A stretch of DNA of 64,000 bases from Pocillopora damicornis (taxonomy: Eukaryota). Below the pieces are notes generated by a model. It saw only the letters and a program-made list of their open reading frames with translations, searched no databases and had not been told where the DNA came from. The stretch is from contig NW_020845131.1 of assembly GCF_003704095.1 (NCBI RefSeq), positions 62,001 to 126,000 of the forward strand, read 5' to 3'. The position numbers were made by a program, and so were the translations under genes. Shown here one piece after another: positions 51,801-64,000 of this stretch (the first letter of the stretch is position 1; each line of letters opens with the position of its first letter).

Positions 51801-54800
51801 TTTTACCAAGCTTGACACAGCTGTTCGTTGTCGTGACTTTTGCGAATAACTGTCTTTCGAACATCGATCCTAAAATTCTTCTGCTTTAAACAAAAACACG
51901 AGCGAAGCAAACAGGTCCTTATGACGAAATGAACCTTAATCAGGCACGGAAATCATCTAATTGACACACGAAGTGCACTGTAACAAAGCCGGTAACCTAT
52001 ATGCATGGAATGGAGACAGTTTATTCACACTTGCCGAGAAATCTTCGAAGCACGTACAAGAGCTATTGAAAAGATCAATTCTTGGGAAGTCTACTTCACA
52101 CGACCCGATGTAAACCAATCGTTAAAATGATGAAAACCAATTGTTAGAAAATGATTGTGCGTTTAAGTGAGAAAATCGAAAATGATTTAAAAATACATAC
52201 ATGGACCAAGAAAGTCTTGTAACCAGAAGAATTAAACAAGAAATTGAAAAAATACTAAAACACCAGATATCTGCCTGAAATTGAAGCCGTTACAACCCCC
52301 TTGCGTTTTCTCTTTCCTCTCTGAAAAACCAATGGGCAATTAAAATTGAAGCATCAATAATGTATCTCATGAGAGCGGGCTGGAATAAATTATCACGACG
52401 ACAATGGTTTAATTTACACTTTCGCTCTCCCTAGGTGACTGCAAAAAAAACCGCTTGACTTCGGCTGAATTTGCCTAAGCTTTCCTTTTTTAAAGAACTA
52501 CAACCAGCCTTTGCCTAAATACTAACCTGTAAGTTATTTTCAAACCGGTAACAACCTTCCACCCGTGCCAGCGTTAAACGATATACAGATCACCATAAAT
52601 ACGACTTTTCACGTCAGTCACGCAAGTTCAAAATTGAAAGACGAAACATCTCGTTTGCAATTGTTTAAGAAAACTGTTTTCCTTTAAGAAAATTAAGTGA
52701 ATTCGCTTAGAGCCTGCGCAACACTCCGCAAAACTTTAAGCCAACGGATGGTGCGACAACGGCCTATGAAAGGACTATGGCTCTTTTTTTCTCTTTTTTA
52801 AACTAGACATGTGCGCTTTTCTTCTTACAATTTAATATTTGCGGAGTTCATGTATGTAATGAAAAAATTACATCTCGAGTCCGCAAAATGACTAAAATAG
52901 TAAGTCGCAGCTTGTTGTCCTTAACCTCGAATTGCCACCCGCTTATTTTGCTTCAGTCACATGTGTGCTTAACTGCCTTCTCACAAAACAATTTTCTTTG
53001 TTGGAAGTCGAGGATTCCTCGCTTTTTCATCACCAAAATAAAAGAAGATCTTAGACTTCCACAGTTGTTACACTCTTAATCCTGTTTATGATAATATAAT
53101 GAGAGCACACTCTAGAAAAGGAACCGAACGTGTTTAGTTGTAATGGAACATTTTCGCGCTGCAGGTGAATTGAGTGTTAAGTTAATTTTGATATTAGGTC
53201 TTACGCTACTTACAGTTTCTCATACCAAGCCTTCAGACAGCAATTGGCCGAGATCTTCAAATGCCAAGTAAGGAAATCAAAATCCAAAATTCTGGCAACC
53301 TATTTCTGAGCTTATAACAGTTGTTCATTGAAGTGTTAATACCCCTTTGGCAAAACAAATGACCGGCCGTTGTCAGTGACTTGTCGCAACTTGTTAAAGA
53401 CTTTGTAAACTGAATTACATTTTCAAGGATGAATATTTTCGCCAAACTTTTGCCGAAAATGCCAAATGAAGCTCGTTTCATGTGTGAGCCATGTATACAC
53501 ATGTATAACCATTTCGAAAAGATATTAGAGAAAGAATGGGGTAAAACTTTGTAAATATGTACTCTATATTGAATACGTAATGTTTGATTACAAGATAAAC
53601 ACGCTTGAAGAAAATTATATAGGCCACTTTTTGCCAAAACTGTCAACGTCAACGTGGTGAGCTTCAAACCTCTTGGACAATTTATCAAGCATTTCCCAGT
53701 AAGTAGGTGTTAAAGACCGCTTATAGCTCAAGATAGAAAATTAGAGATCGTGAAATTAAGGCACTTAATAAATCATAAGAGAATTTGTAAGTAAACCGCT
53801 ATAACTTACCTCAGAAATCCGAGTATTGAATCACTCAATGCTCTCTTGACTGGTTTACAGTTTCGCTCTTTCGAATATTTGTCTAGTATCCGCTTGTTTC
53901 GAACTCTGCAGTGTTTTGACGCGTTTTCGAAACTTTTTAGTGTTGATCCAAACGCCGCAGAGGTGATAACATAAAAGCCGACAATTACATTGTATTAGGG
54001 GATTTCATTGTTTCGTAAGCTGTCGTCACACCTTTTGTATACAATACAAACAGCTCTCCGTACTAACCTAATGTATTCAAATTTGCCGTGGCCAGTATTC
54101 ACCACTATAATGTCGATATCACGCGATATTGGAATAGGAAGGGGTAACAGATGATTCAGATGACTTTGTTTGAACGCAGAACCATTATACGACAAAAGCA
54201 CCGCGCTTCTTTGAGAGCGCGCGAAAAAAATTACATTTTCGTTAGAGCTGGTGGAACAAGCTTCGTGTTTACATATTCCACATGAATCAGTCTTTTATTA
54301 ATGGCACCCTGTCGAAATGAACTGCTCTTCAGTTGTTTCAGAGCAATCAATTTAATTGAAACCGAAAACAAGTTTGCTGGGTTCTAGTTACGGTTTGTCG
54401 TGCTGCAGCGCCAAAATGACCCATTAAAATCGCTTTTCTCGATGACCTGGCTTGCCTCGTTTGCTTTGTCATGCAAATTCCAGCTTCATACACGGTTTTA
54501 TCGCCTAAACTGTTTCGAACGTTCAATTCGAATAAAAAAAATTCAATTCTTACATGTTGATTATCGTGTAAACAATAGTACGATTGAAAAGGTTAAAGTG
54601 AAAGGATTTTGGTGAAAATGAAGCACGAGTTTGCTTTTGAAAGCCAAAATTTTCGTAACTTCGTTGATACCTGTCTGATCTTTCGACGTGTTTCTGTTTA
54701 AGAAAAAAAAATGGGAAGAAGAAAAAAAAAATCAACCATCGAATCTAATTGGTGCGTGTATTGTTAGCCTGTACCTTAAGAGTTATAATCATTGAACCTT

Positions 54801-57800
54801 GACATATTTTCATAGCTAATCTGTAAACACTTTCTTACTTGTGTTTTGATTTCGATATCAACTTGCAATTGAAATATTAGAATCGTGTGATTCATTATTG
54901 TTTCAGAACGTGACACGTTACACCGGAATCGATACGCAAAGCGTTTTTAGACTCTATCTTGGTGCACAAGTAAAGAATGGGGCCATTGAACGATATTTAT
55001 AGAGCGTATAAGCTCACTGCCCGCGAAACCCGTTATCTTGTTAATTGCGAACCGAGCAGATGACTGAAATCTTGTACGTGAAAGTGTTCCTCTTATCAAT
55101 GATTACTCGGAAATTATCCATTTCTTCGATTTCCTGTTGACTTTCTATACGAAAAAAATTTGATCTACCACTAAACTAGTTCCACGGCGCACTAAAGTTC
55201 AAATATCTCTCCCCTCAGCGATTAATTCGCCGGGATTTGTCTGCATTTTCAAGTTATTAAGTGAGATCCCTGAATTTTAAGGAGGGCGAGCTTTCTTAAG
55301 ACGCTCGTTGAATAAAATGCCTCGGGGTTTTCCGGCTGTTTGATTCGCTTTGTAAAAGCTTTGTATATCGAACAAGAGAGTGCATTTTTGTAAAGTTACA
55401 ATAAAGAGGGCGCCATTGTTGCGAGGCTCTTTATCTCTACTAATGTCAATCAATACTACACTGAATGAACCTACTTTCATTAATCAGTGTAGTGTAAAAG
55501 CTTTCGTGAGTTGGGGTGGTGAACTAAAATAGATCGACACGGTATATACACGAATCTTTTCTTAACGCCCTAAATCCTATAATCCGAACAAAAAGAGCCT
55601 AAAACGCAAAATATCATATCGTACCTCCGATCTTTCTTGACAGTCATATGAACAACCGTAACTGTATTCCATGCGTTACTCTAATATATTAGACACGTGC
55701 GTAGAACGTAGGTTATATAACAAATAAACTTTGAACTCAATTACTTGATTCATGCAAGCACTTTTTTGTTCCTCTAAAAACTTATGTCTCCAAAACAATT
55801 ATTTGAAACCCACCGTTTCTTGTCATCTTAAGTGGAAAACAAAATGTTCTCAGACACCTGGAACCTCGAAAATAAACGAAAGAGACTTGCGTCCTCTAAT
55901 GACTCATTGGTCCAAGTACCCCTTGAGTACACTACACGCATCATTACATTTCAAGAGTTTCGACCAGAGTCGATTATTGAATAAAAAAAGTCGGCATTCC
56001 GACAGAGCAGTCACGGAGACAAACTTATAATTAACTTTTTAAACCTTCGAGCTATTTCAAAAATATTTTCCAATAGTTTAAATAGCAACACGCAACCCTA
56101 GAACTTCCATCTGAATGATTTGCACGCGAACGTCCTCTGTCACCTCACAAACTTTCTTCAGTACTTGACGTTCGCAACATGTTTAAATTAACAGACTTTT
56201 CATAGCTGTATATGAAAAATTAAACGCAATTCCTTTCAACTTCCATTCTATTGAAACAGTACGGTTTCCTTTTGATTCTGAAATTCTCCAATGAAACTCC
56301 TACTTGAAACAAACACTGATTTTTGACGACTCGACCTAGTATAGCCGTTTAAAAAACTCGGATTTCGCTAATGTCATTAGCAGTTTAATGAATGACCCAG
56401 TTTTAACACTCTCCAAAATCCGTAAGAAAATGTGCGGCCAACTTTGATTTTTGGTCGCGAACAACGATAGCTACTTGTGTGAAAGGATATCGTGCATGTA
56501 GTTTTTCAACCGCATTCGAGAAGGAGTCAACCCTTAATTTGGATGATATTCGCTTTTTAAATGTAAAACATTCAAACCACCGAAAAACTCCCTAGCATCA
56601 AAGAAATTCTTTCCATTCTTATATTTCGCATGGGAGCGAAGTTGTCTTTTGATCATATTACTACATCAACCTGGTTATATCCACTTGCAGTTTTTATTTC
56701 TGCAAGACTTTTCGCTGGTCCATCGCGGAAACTTGTCTGACTGAAATCGCACATTCCGCCTCAGGGCGTAAATTCAGTAAAATTCCACTCTCAAACTTCT
56801 TTTATTTTTTAGAACAAATCTAAAGTTTGACCTTTGTCTTTGGCGATCATTTGGCATGTCCAGCGCGTCTGTAAAAATTGCAAATTTTCTTAGACCAAGA
56901 ACAAAAAACCTTTCTCTTTCACCCCACATGGTCATCCGAACTGAATCAGGATTGGGACGAATCTCTTTCCTGCATCACAACTGCGTAGTCATCGCAGATA
57001 AAGATCGTTTATTTGTAAGTATTTTGGATATGTTTCATTCGGCGCTCCTGGAAATTTAGCAGAGAGACAACATAAGCTGTCTTCGTCCAGGGGCTTGATT
57101 ATCATGTGATCATATGAATAAAGGTCACGCAATTGGAAACGGTGTTCATTGTTTTGTAGTAATTACAAATGTGTGTTTTAGGTAAAGTGTGAATTATTAT
57201 TAACGTGTCTAATGGTACTGTGCAGCTGGCAATACGCGATTATTGGTTCCACAACAAATATAAATATCATCTATGGATCGGTGAAAGAAAGTCAACTACA
57301 TACATGTGTGTATCTATATGAAAAAAAAACTATAGTAATTTCCCTTATTTGAGTAAACGAAAGAACACAATGGATGATTCTCTATCAATCACATTATCTC
57401 AATTAATCAGGTTATTTTCGAACAGGGACAACTAAAAGAACTGTCTGGGGGTGACTTTTGAAGTGCCGCTAATGATGGAGAGAATAAAACCTTTGCCTCA
57501 ACTTGCATGTGGGACTAAGCAAATTATTGAAACTCGTTTCTTCTCATGCAAAATGGTTGTAACTTAAGTAGCAACTGAAATTCGTCATTTTTGTGTGGAA
57601 ATATTTTTATGAAGTTGATACTGCACTCATCCCGATCTGTAAACGTGGCGACGTCTCGGTCTGCCCACGGTTAAATTTTACTCATGGCAAAACATTTAAA
57701 TCTTCCAAATCCTTGCCATCCTTTTCGTGTTTGATTTATTTATTTTATACCAATCTTTGTGAGTCAATATCAGTGACTTCTTTCTCGCTGGAGGTAACTT

Positions 57801-60800
57801 CCCACTCAGTAACAAAGGACTTTGAAAGACTGAGACCTAGAGCGTCTTGAATAATGCAATCCGGCTGCATTTGTGTAAGCTTCTTTCTTTTGATCTTTGG
57901 CTAATTCTCTCTCTCTGCTCATCTGCTAACGGTGGTTCAAATTAAGTTCTAAGTTCTGTTACAGCAGGAACATGCCACGGTTAAGGAGGGAAATAGTAAC
58001 TATATTTTTCAACAGAACAGGAAGAAGTGTGCAGTTTCGTATCGTGCTTCCTTTGTTCGATCCGACTTTCAAACAAGCTCATGACTCGTTTCATTTTACT
58101 ACCAAAAACAACAAATCGCATAACCTCTATTAATCCTTCTTGTCCGAATTAGCCTCGTCTGACCTGAAGCAAATTTTAACTTTATTGAACTTTGGACAAA
58201 AGGTTCTGGCTATCATTTTTCTAAGATATGTCATGGCCTGACATATTCCGGCATCTAAAAATTCCGCAAAATATGAAGGGCTATGTTGTCTTTTTCTTAA
58301 CGATATTATTCCAAATGGAATTAAATTTTAGGAATTATTGATCATAATATTACAGCTACTGCTATCTTCTTATTGATTGCAAGATTATGTCCGACTTTAT
58401 TGACCCTTTAACTGTTTATTCAAACACTTGAAAATTTCTTTAGTTAGATCTCAACTCAAAAATTGCTCTACAATGAAATAAATAATGTCTGACCTGAAGA
58501 TGGTAAGTAACAAAGCGAACGTCACAGCAAAACGGCAATCAAAGCAGTTTCGATACAGAAGGTAAGCCCAAAGCAAGGTTCTCAGGACTTGACAGGGCCT
58601 ATTTTGCCGCCAAGCTCTACACGCAATTACAAAACCATGAATTTCATAAATTACCATTTTCTATCATCATTATTTTTAGACCAAAATGTGAACTAGCTAG
58701 CCTCACTTTCTCGAAAAAAAAATTGAAAATATAATTATATAGTTAAAGCTTCTTACGATATTCATAATACTGATTAAGTGCGTTCCAACACGTGGCTGAG
58801 AGATTTTAGAAATTAAAGTAGAAAATAAATCACTCTATAAAATAAGCCGATAAAATGGATAACTGTATTATATTTTTGGCAAACTGTAATGCTCACAAAG
58901 CATCTCTCCACCCAGGAGTATGAGAGGTTACTACCAGACTGCCTTGGAAGCCTAACAAAATGGTCGGTGATGACGTGGGTTGAAATTTGAAATAGCTATC
59001 CTTTAGGGAGACTTTGGCTTATCATTGCTTTAAGAAGGGACTATTAGTTCGGCTACTATGCGCGAAATTCAACTCCTGTTAGACTATACTGAAATGTTAA
59101 AATCTATACTGAAACACGTTATTACGCAATTCTTCAGTCTGTCGCTTTTCCCATCACAAGTGAATAATTTTAAACGTAAGGCAGAACAGTCAGGTTAGTG
59201 AAAGTTTTTAGCAAGTGACGGAAATAATATACCTCTTTCTTCGATTTTTTCCTCGATATTTGCAATCAATCCTCCTGTAGGTAATGCTGAACCCCGTACG
59301 GTAATGGATTCCAAGAACCAACTAAGGCACACTGAAAGTAACTGAAATTAATAAAAAGGCAGCAATTGAAAATACAGCTAATCATTGACTTTTTATTAAG
59401 TATATTAATTTCAGGTATTTTTATCAACAAAAAATTTCCACTCATGGTAATTCAAACCCTAAGTCATACCTGTTAGGATGTATGCAACTGACGAAGACAT
59501 TTATGTGTAGCGGAGGATAAAGCTTATGTGAATGTCAAACACGCGCAAAAGATTTCAATAAGAACTAAGTAACGACAGAGAATCTGTTAAGTTACTGCAT
59601 CGTGATATAATCGAAATTAAACAATATTGCAGTTTATAAAATAAATATGTAATTCTTAACAGTACCGCAAAGTGTCACCTATAAAAGTAATATCAGCCCA
59701 ATTCACCATAACGTCTTAGTAGCTCAGTGGAAATCCGAAACGTTTAAGGCTCGATCCATTTTGAGGACTCATTTTTCGTTTGTCTCGCGACATGACCAAA
59801 ACATATTTCTTCATTACCGAAACATGTTGGTCTGCTTTGAGGGCCTCTAACACTCTGCTGGTCATTAATAACGATGCTAGGTCTAGTGAGAGCCCAGCGT
59901 TTTCTCAGCTCTTACCAACTGAATCTCTTCATTTAGCTCAGGAATATGTAGTTCAATCCCTTTGCATTTGATACCAAAGATGTATTATTTTTAGACGAAG
60001 AAGTTTGTTTGATAGAATACAATATTGTTGATGGTTTTTTACGCCCTAACTCTAATACAAAGTAATTAAGCAATGAAATAAATAAGTAAATAAAAATAAA
60101 ATTACCTGATTCCTTATGTTATACGTGGACAAGGTCTCAAGAAAAGATTTACCCAGTGCTAAATAATTTTCACGTACAAATTTCTCAATAGAAAAAATGT
60201 GCAAGATAGTGGAAAGTACAGCAACGTGTACTTTGAAAGAAACAAATATTAGTAAAATCAGTTACAGTACAGACATACCAGGCAATCGAGCATTTTCGTT
60301 CTATTTTTTCCCTTATCTTGGGTAACCATGTAGTAGTTCTATAAACAATAAAAAACTTTTGCAAGCTACTAAGCAAGGCTTTCATGTTAGTTTGATTGCC
60401 TGAGGGTTTCAGTAAATTATATGCTAGGGTAGGGGAGAGTTATCTCGAACCCCCGTTTGGTAGAGAATTAAACTTTCTCATTGACTATCATGGTTTACAA
60501 GGCTTTTGTATATCCTTGGCAGTTTGCGAATGAAATACTGGTCTCTGCTATTAAAATGAAAGACATATTTAATAATACGTGCAGAATATGTCAAATCTTT
60601 AGATAAAATACTAGCTCGTTGCATTCAAATGAAAGCTATTAAGGCGTAATTTTTAGGTAATGGCGTTTATTATTCGATGAAGTTGAACCTGTATCTTGTG
60701 CGCTGACTATGAAGCATCGGTGAGTATATGTGACAGTACCATACTGACTGTATGAAAGCCTCTCAGCAGCACTTTTCTGTATAATTATATTGAGCACAAA

Positions 60801-61991
60801 GAAGATTTACTACTTTATCAAGTCCTGATAAACTAGGGAGTAAACAGACGAAAACGTCGACGGTATCAAATTGAAAGCCATTACTTTCTTAGGATGGATG
60901 AGTTGAACTCAGGAGTTGAACTTCAACTAATGATAAGTTAGCAAAAGCTGTACAAAAAAAGTATCTTAAGTGAACATTATAGATTCATCTAGCTAGTTGT
61001 TACACATACGTCAAGTGTACTTCTTATTTTAACAGCTTGAGTGCGGAATAAAATAGAGAGTATGGCCTTCAAAGTGCAGCTACGACTTGTTTTATGTCAT
61101 CGAAGAGTCGATAAGTATAACTCTGAGCTAATTTGAAGAAAATGTTACGACTTCCCTGAAACAAAACATACCGGAAATACTCTCATGTGGTGAAGTTAGA
61201 ATTGTGCCAAAACCCACACCACACCACAATATTCACTAACGACTTTCTTTCTTTGCAATCGAGCCGATGTATGAAAAAAAAAACCTAACAGATGGCTCGT
61301 AAAAGTGACCACAGTGGAGTGCTTTGGCTGTTTGAAGTACTCGGTAAAAACTGTGAAGCCAATAACAACACAACAATAGAGTAGGCCACAAAAAATTTTC
61401 CTTTTATTGATGCAAGTAACAACCGCAGTATGACATTTAGTCGCCTCAAGGTAAACCTGTCTTACATGACTGTGCAGAATGCATGCATAACCTTCACCAT
61501 CGTAGTTGACCCTTTGCCTGCGAGCGTTTCGCTGTTTTCCTATTTACGGACCTCATTTACGTAAATCATTGTAAGAAGTGATAAAAACCACGAATTCCTT
61601 TCATCCTTGTACAGTTACATCACTGGACAATTCATTTGTACTTAGTACATATATAAAGGTATTAAGGAAAATACGACTCCATCATTGAAGCTAACATTCA
61701 GTCCAATAGACAACTGAATGAATATATTTCAAGACAATAAAAATGGTAGTTTTTCGCGGGTGAAACTTAATCAAAGCTATCCATGGAAAACTCGCAATCC
61801 CTGAGCTTGAACTGTTTACTATGACATATTAGCTGATTATTGTTCAGCAAAACTAGATCAGAAACCCTCCGAGTGAGCAAGTGATCATTTAACTAGCTAA
61901 AAGTTACCGAGCCGTGAAAGCATTCAACTAAAAGCTATCGAAGGGTTTTCAGTGGATGTTACATGGATTGTCACGTTATCTATTATATCTG

Positions 61992-62139
61992 GGCCCAGTT
62001 GTTCAAAGAGTGCCGGACAACGCTATCCAACGGATACATCGGAATCCAGCGGATGATAGTTAACAAGATATACTGCGTCATCCATCGTATAGAGATTTAT
62101 TTAGTTGATAGCGTTCTGCATCTTCGAACAACTGTGGCC
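61992..62139. mobile_element. Second copy of the GGATA/TATCC Harbinger-type MITE
   Basis: GGCCCAGTTGTTCAAAG...ACAACGCTATCCAACGGATA...TTCGAACAACTGTGGCC, collinear with 48693-48833. Confidence 0.75.
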
Positions 62140-64000
62140 TATTGTCTAGTTTTTTTTTTATCTAGAACCAGTTGTGAGCTCACAAGCCTCAGTGGTTTTT
62201 CTTGATAATTTTCCTAGCCATTAATCTGTTTTTTCTTCACCAGTTATTGTCTTTTCATATTTAATGACAAATAAAATAAGATCAAAATATAACAAGCGAG
62301 TTGACTCGTTTAGAAATAACCAGTTTGATCTCCCGTGTATGGAGGTGTTTTAGCGCACCATTTTGGTTTTCATGTCCTGTCAAAAACGCTGAGAAGAGCC
62401 AGGATCGCACTTTAACCCCAAATGTCTGCTGGCGAAAATCGCGTGTGTAATTCTAGCGGGCTTTTCTTTCATTTCCGTTCCCTACTTTGATAAACAAATC
62501 CCCGCATGGTTTGGTCCGTAAGGGCTGCTTCATTACCTCAAGCAAACCTGGTACTGCGCGTATTTTCCATGTCCCCGAAAGATTGTAGTAGAAACTATGC
62601 GAAAGATTCTTGAATATAGTGCGGATCATTGTATTATTGTAATTGTTATTAATAATACGTAGTGAAAAATGCTGACCCTTTGCATTGAGATCGAAACTCT
62701 AGAACGTGATGTAACGTGGGCGTTGTAAACATGTTACGGGCCAAGATCGCTTTGACGTGTTTAAGCTCTGGACTTCACGAAAGTCACGTCTATTGGTGCT
62801 CAATGGAAGGTTGACTAAGTCAGTGTATGGAAATAGATGAAAGGGCGACTCAGTGATGACCTTAAGGAAACCAAACTTTTCAGTTTTTATAAAGCATGAA
62901 CAAGTCTCTCAGGAACTTAAAGGGCGGGCATTTACGGCGATAATAAAACTTTAATTTGATTAAATCGTTTCCTGTGTTGCCATTATCAAATTGGTATATA
63001 TCTAAATATGAAAGTAGCGATTTAGAAAAATTCGCAAGCTACACGTGCTAAATCAGAGTCTTGCCAAAGTTTCTTGCAATTCGGAGGTAGTGATGCTGCG
63101 CAATACTCATAAAAACATAAACATAAAATTATTCTTTTTAGGCAAATTAGATGTACCACCAAGTCCTGGACATTTTGGAACAATATTTCCATTTGATCCT
63201 AGCTTACTGTAAATTTCCGAAAATAACGACCTTCGTTTTAGTTGCTTTAGTGGTCTTCTACTGTCCTAAATTTTAGGTATGCTTCTTTTTAGTCGCTAAA
63301 ACGTTTTTCTCAAGGGAGGTTCGGAAAAGGTTTAGATGCGGAAGTTCCCCTGTACAGCAATACTAACTGTTACTTAGGAGATCTTATTCATAATTTCTTC
63401 AGTTACATTAGGTCTTGCTTAGATATGAGCAGAGGGGTATGTATGAACGCTACAGACACAGGGGATAGCTATTTTCCTTGCTACCAGATATTAGGGGAAA
63501 TATGACCTGATGGGTCGAGTTCGTCCCATTCCTTTTATTTTTATTCATTGACCAAATATAGAACTTCCATTTTTCTTACCAACAATAGATTTACAACTTA
63601 ACTTTTAGAATCCATAAAGGAAAGCTGAAATCCTGAACTTTTCTTGAGGGTGAAGTCAAGTAGGTATCAAATTGACTTCCTTTTAAGGAATCAATAATTT
63701 TCAAAAACAATCTACCGGAACTGAGCTGAAAAACGTGGTCAAAGTTTATCTTAAGGATGTGTTGAGTGCTGCGGAAAGTCCGACGCTCGGTAAACTTTGT
63801 TTAGCACGTTTATGAACAAATTAAAAGAATTTGAAACAATCCAAGATCTTTGTAACAGAAAATGGACTCTGAGCCTAAAAGAACCTTTTTCTTTACCATT
63901 ATAGTTACTGACGGCCAACACTCATCTTTGTAAAGGACTGCGCTTTTTATGGATATGAGATTACTTCATCTTTATTCTAGGAGCAATAAATTAAACTTCT

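Noticed and set aside
33252-53688. Longer ORFs in the upstream region (33322-33744, 36637-37065, 53257-53688, etc.)
   Set aside because: AT-rich low-information composition, no recognisable domain, and no transposase or reverse-transcriptase motifs.
59710-59770. tRNA-like A and B boxes (TAGCTCAGTGG ... GGCTCGATCC)
   Set aside because: No complete cloverleaf. It matches the SINE-like repeat also present inverted at about 17.9-18.0 kb.

Overview
Eukaryotic, AT-rich animal DNA with spliceosomal GT-AG introns. The repeat families and DMRT architecture suggest a stony coral (inference, no search run). There are three protein-coding loci, all on the minus strand. (1) The 5' 32 coding exons (about 1067 codons) of the proteasome activator PSME4/PA200 at 47-22442, continuing off the left edge. 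(2) An intronless type II membrane protein with a PA14 domain at 25113-26234, homologous to the N-terminal half of B4GALNT3/4 but stopping before any glycosyltransferase domain. (3) A DMRT transcription factor with two coding exons (DM + DMA domains plus a C-terminal C4 zinc ribbon) at 30482-31949, with at least one further upstream exon. About 32 kb of apparently gene-free sequence follows (32-64 kb). Introns and intergenic DNA hold many short non-autonomous elements: Harbinger-, piggyBac- and Tc1/pogo-type MITEs, tRNA-derived SINEs, hairpin-headed elements, and a Penelope-type repeat with a degenerate hammerhead ribozyme. I found no clear evidence of a wholly new multi-gene system. The best leads are the PA14 protein lacking a catalytic domain, the DMRT zinc ribbon, the hammerhead relic, the hairpin/CCAATCAGA element class and a possible spliced lncRNA diverging from PSME4.
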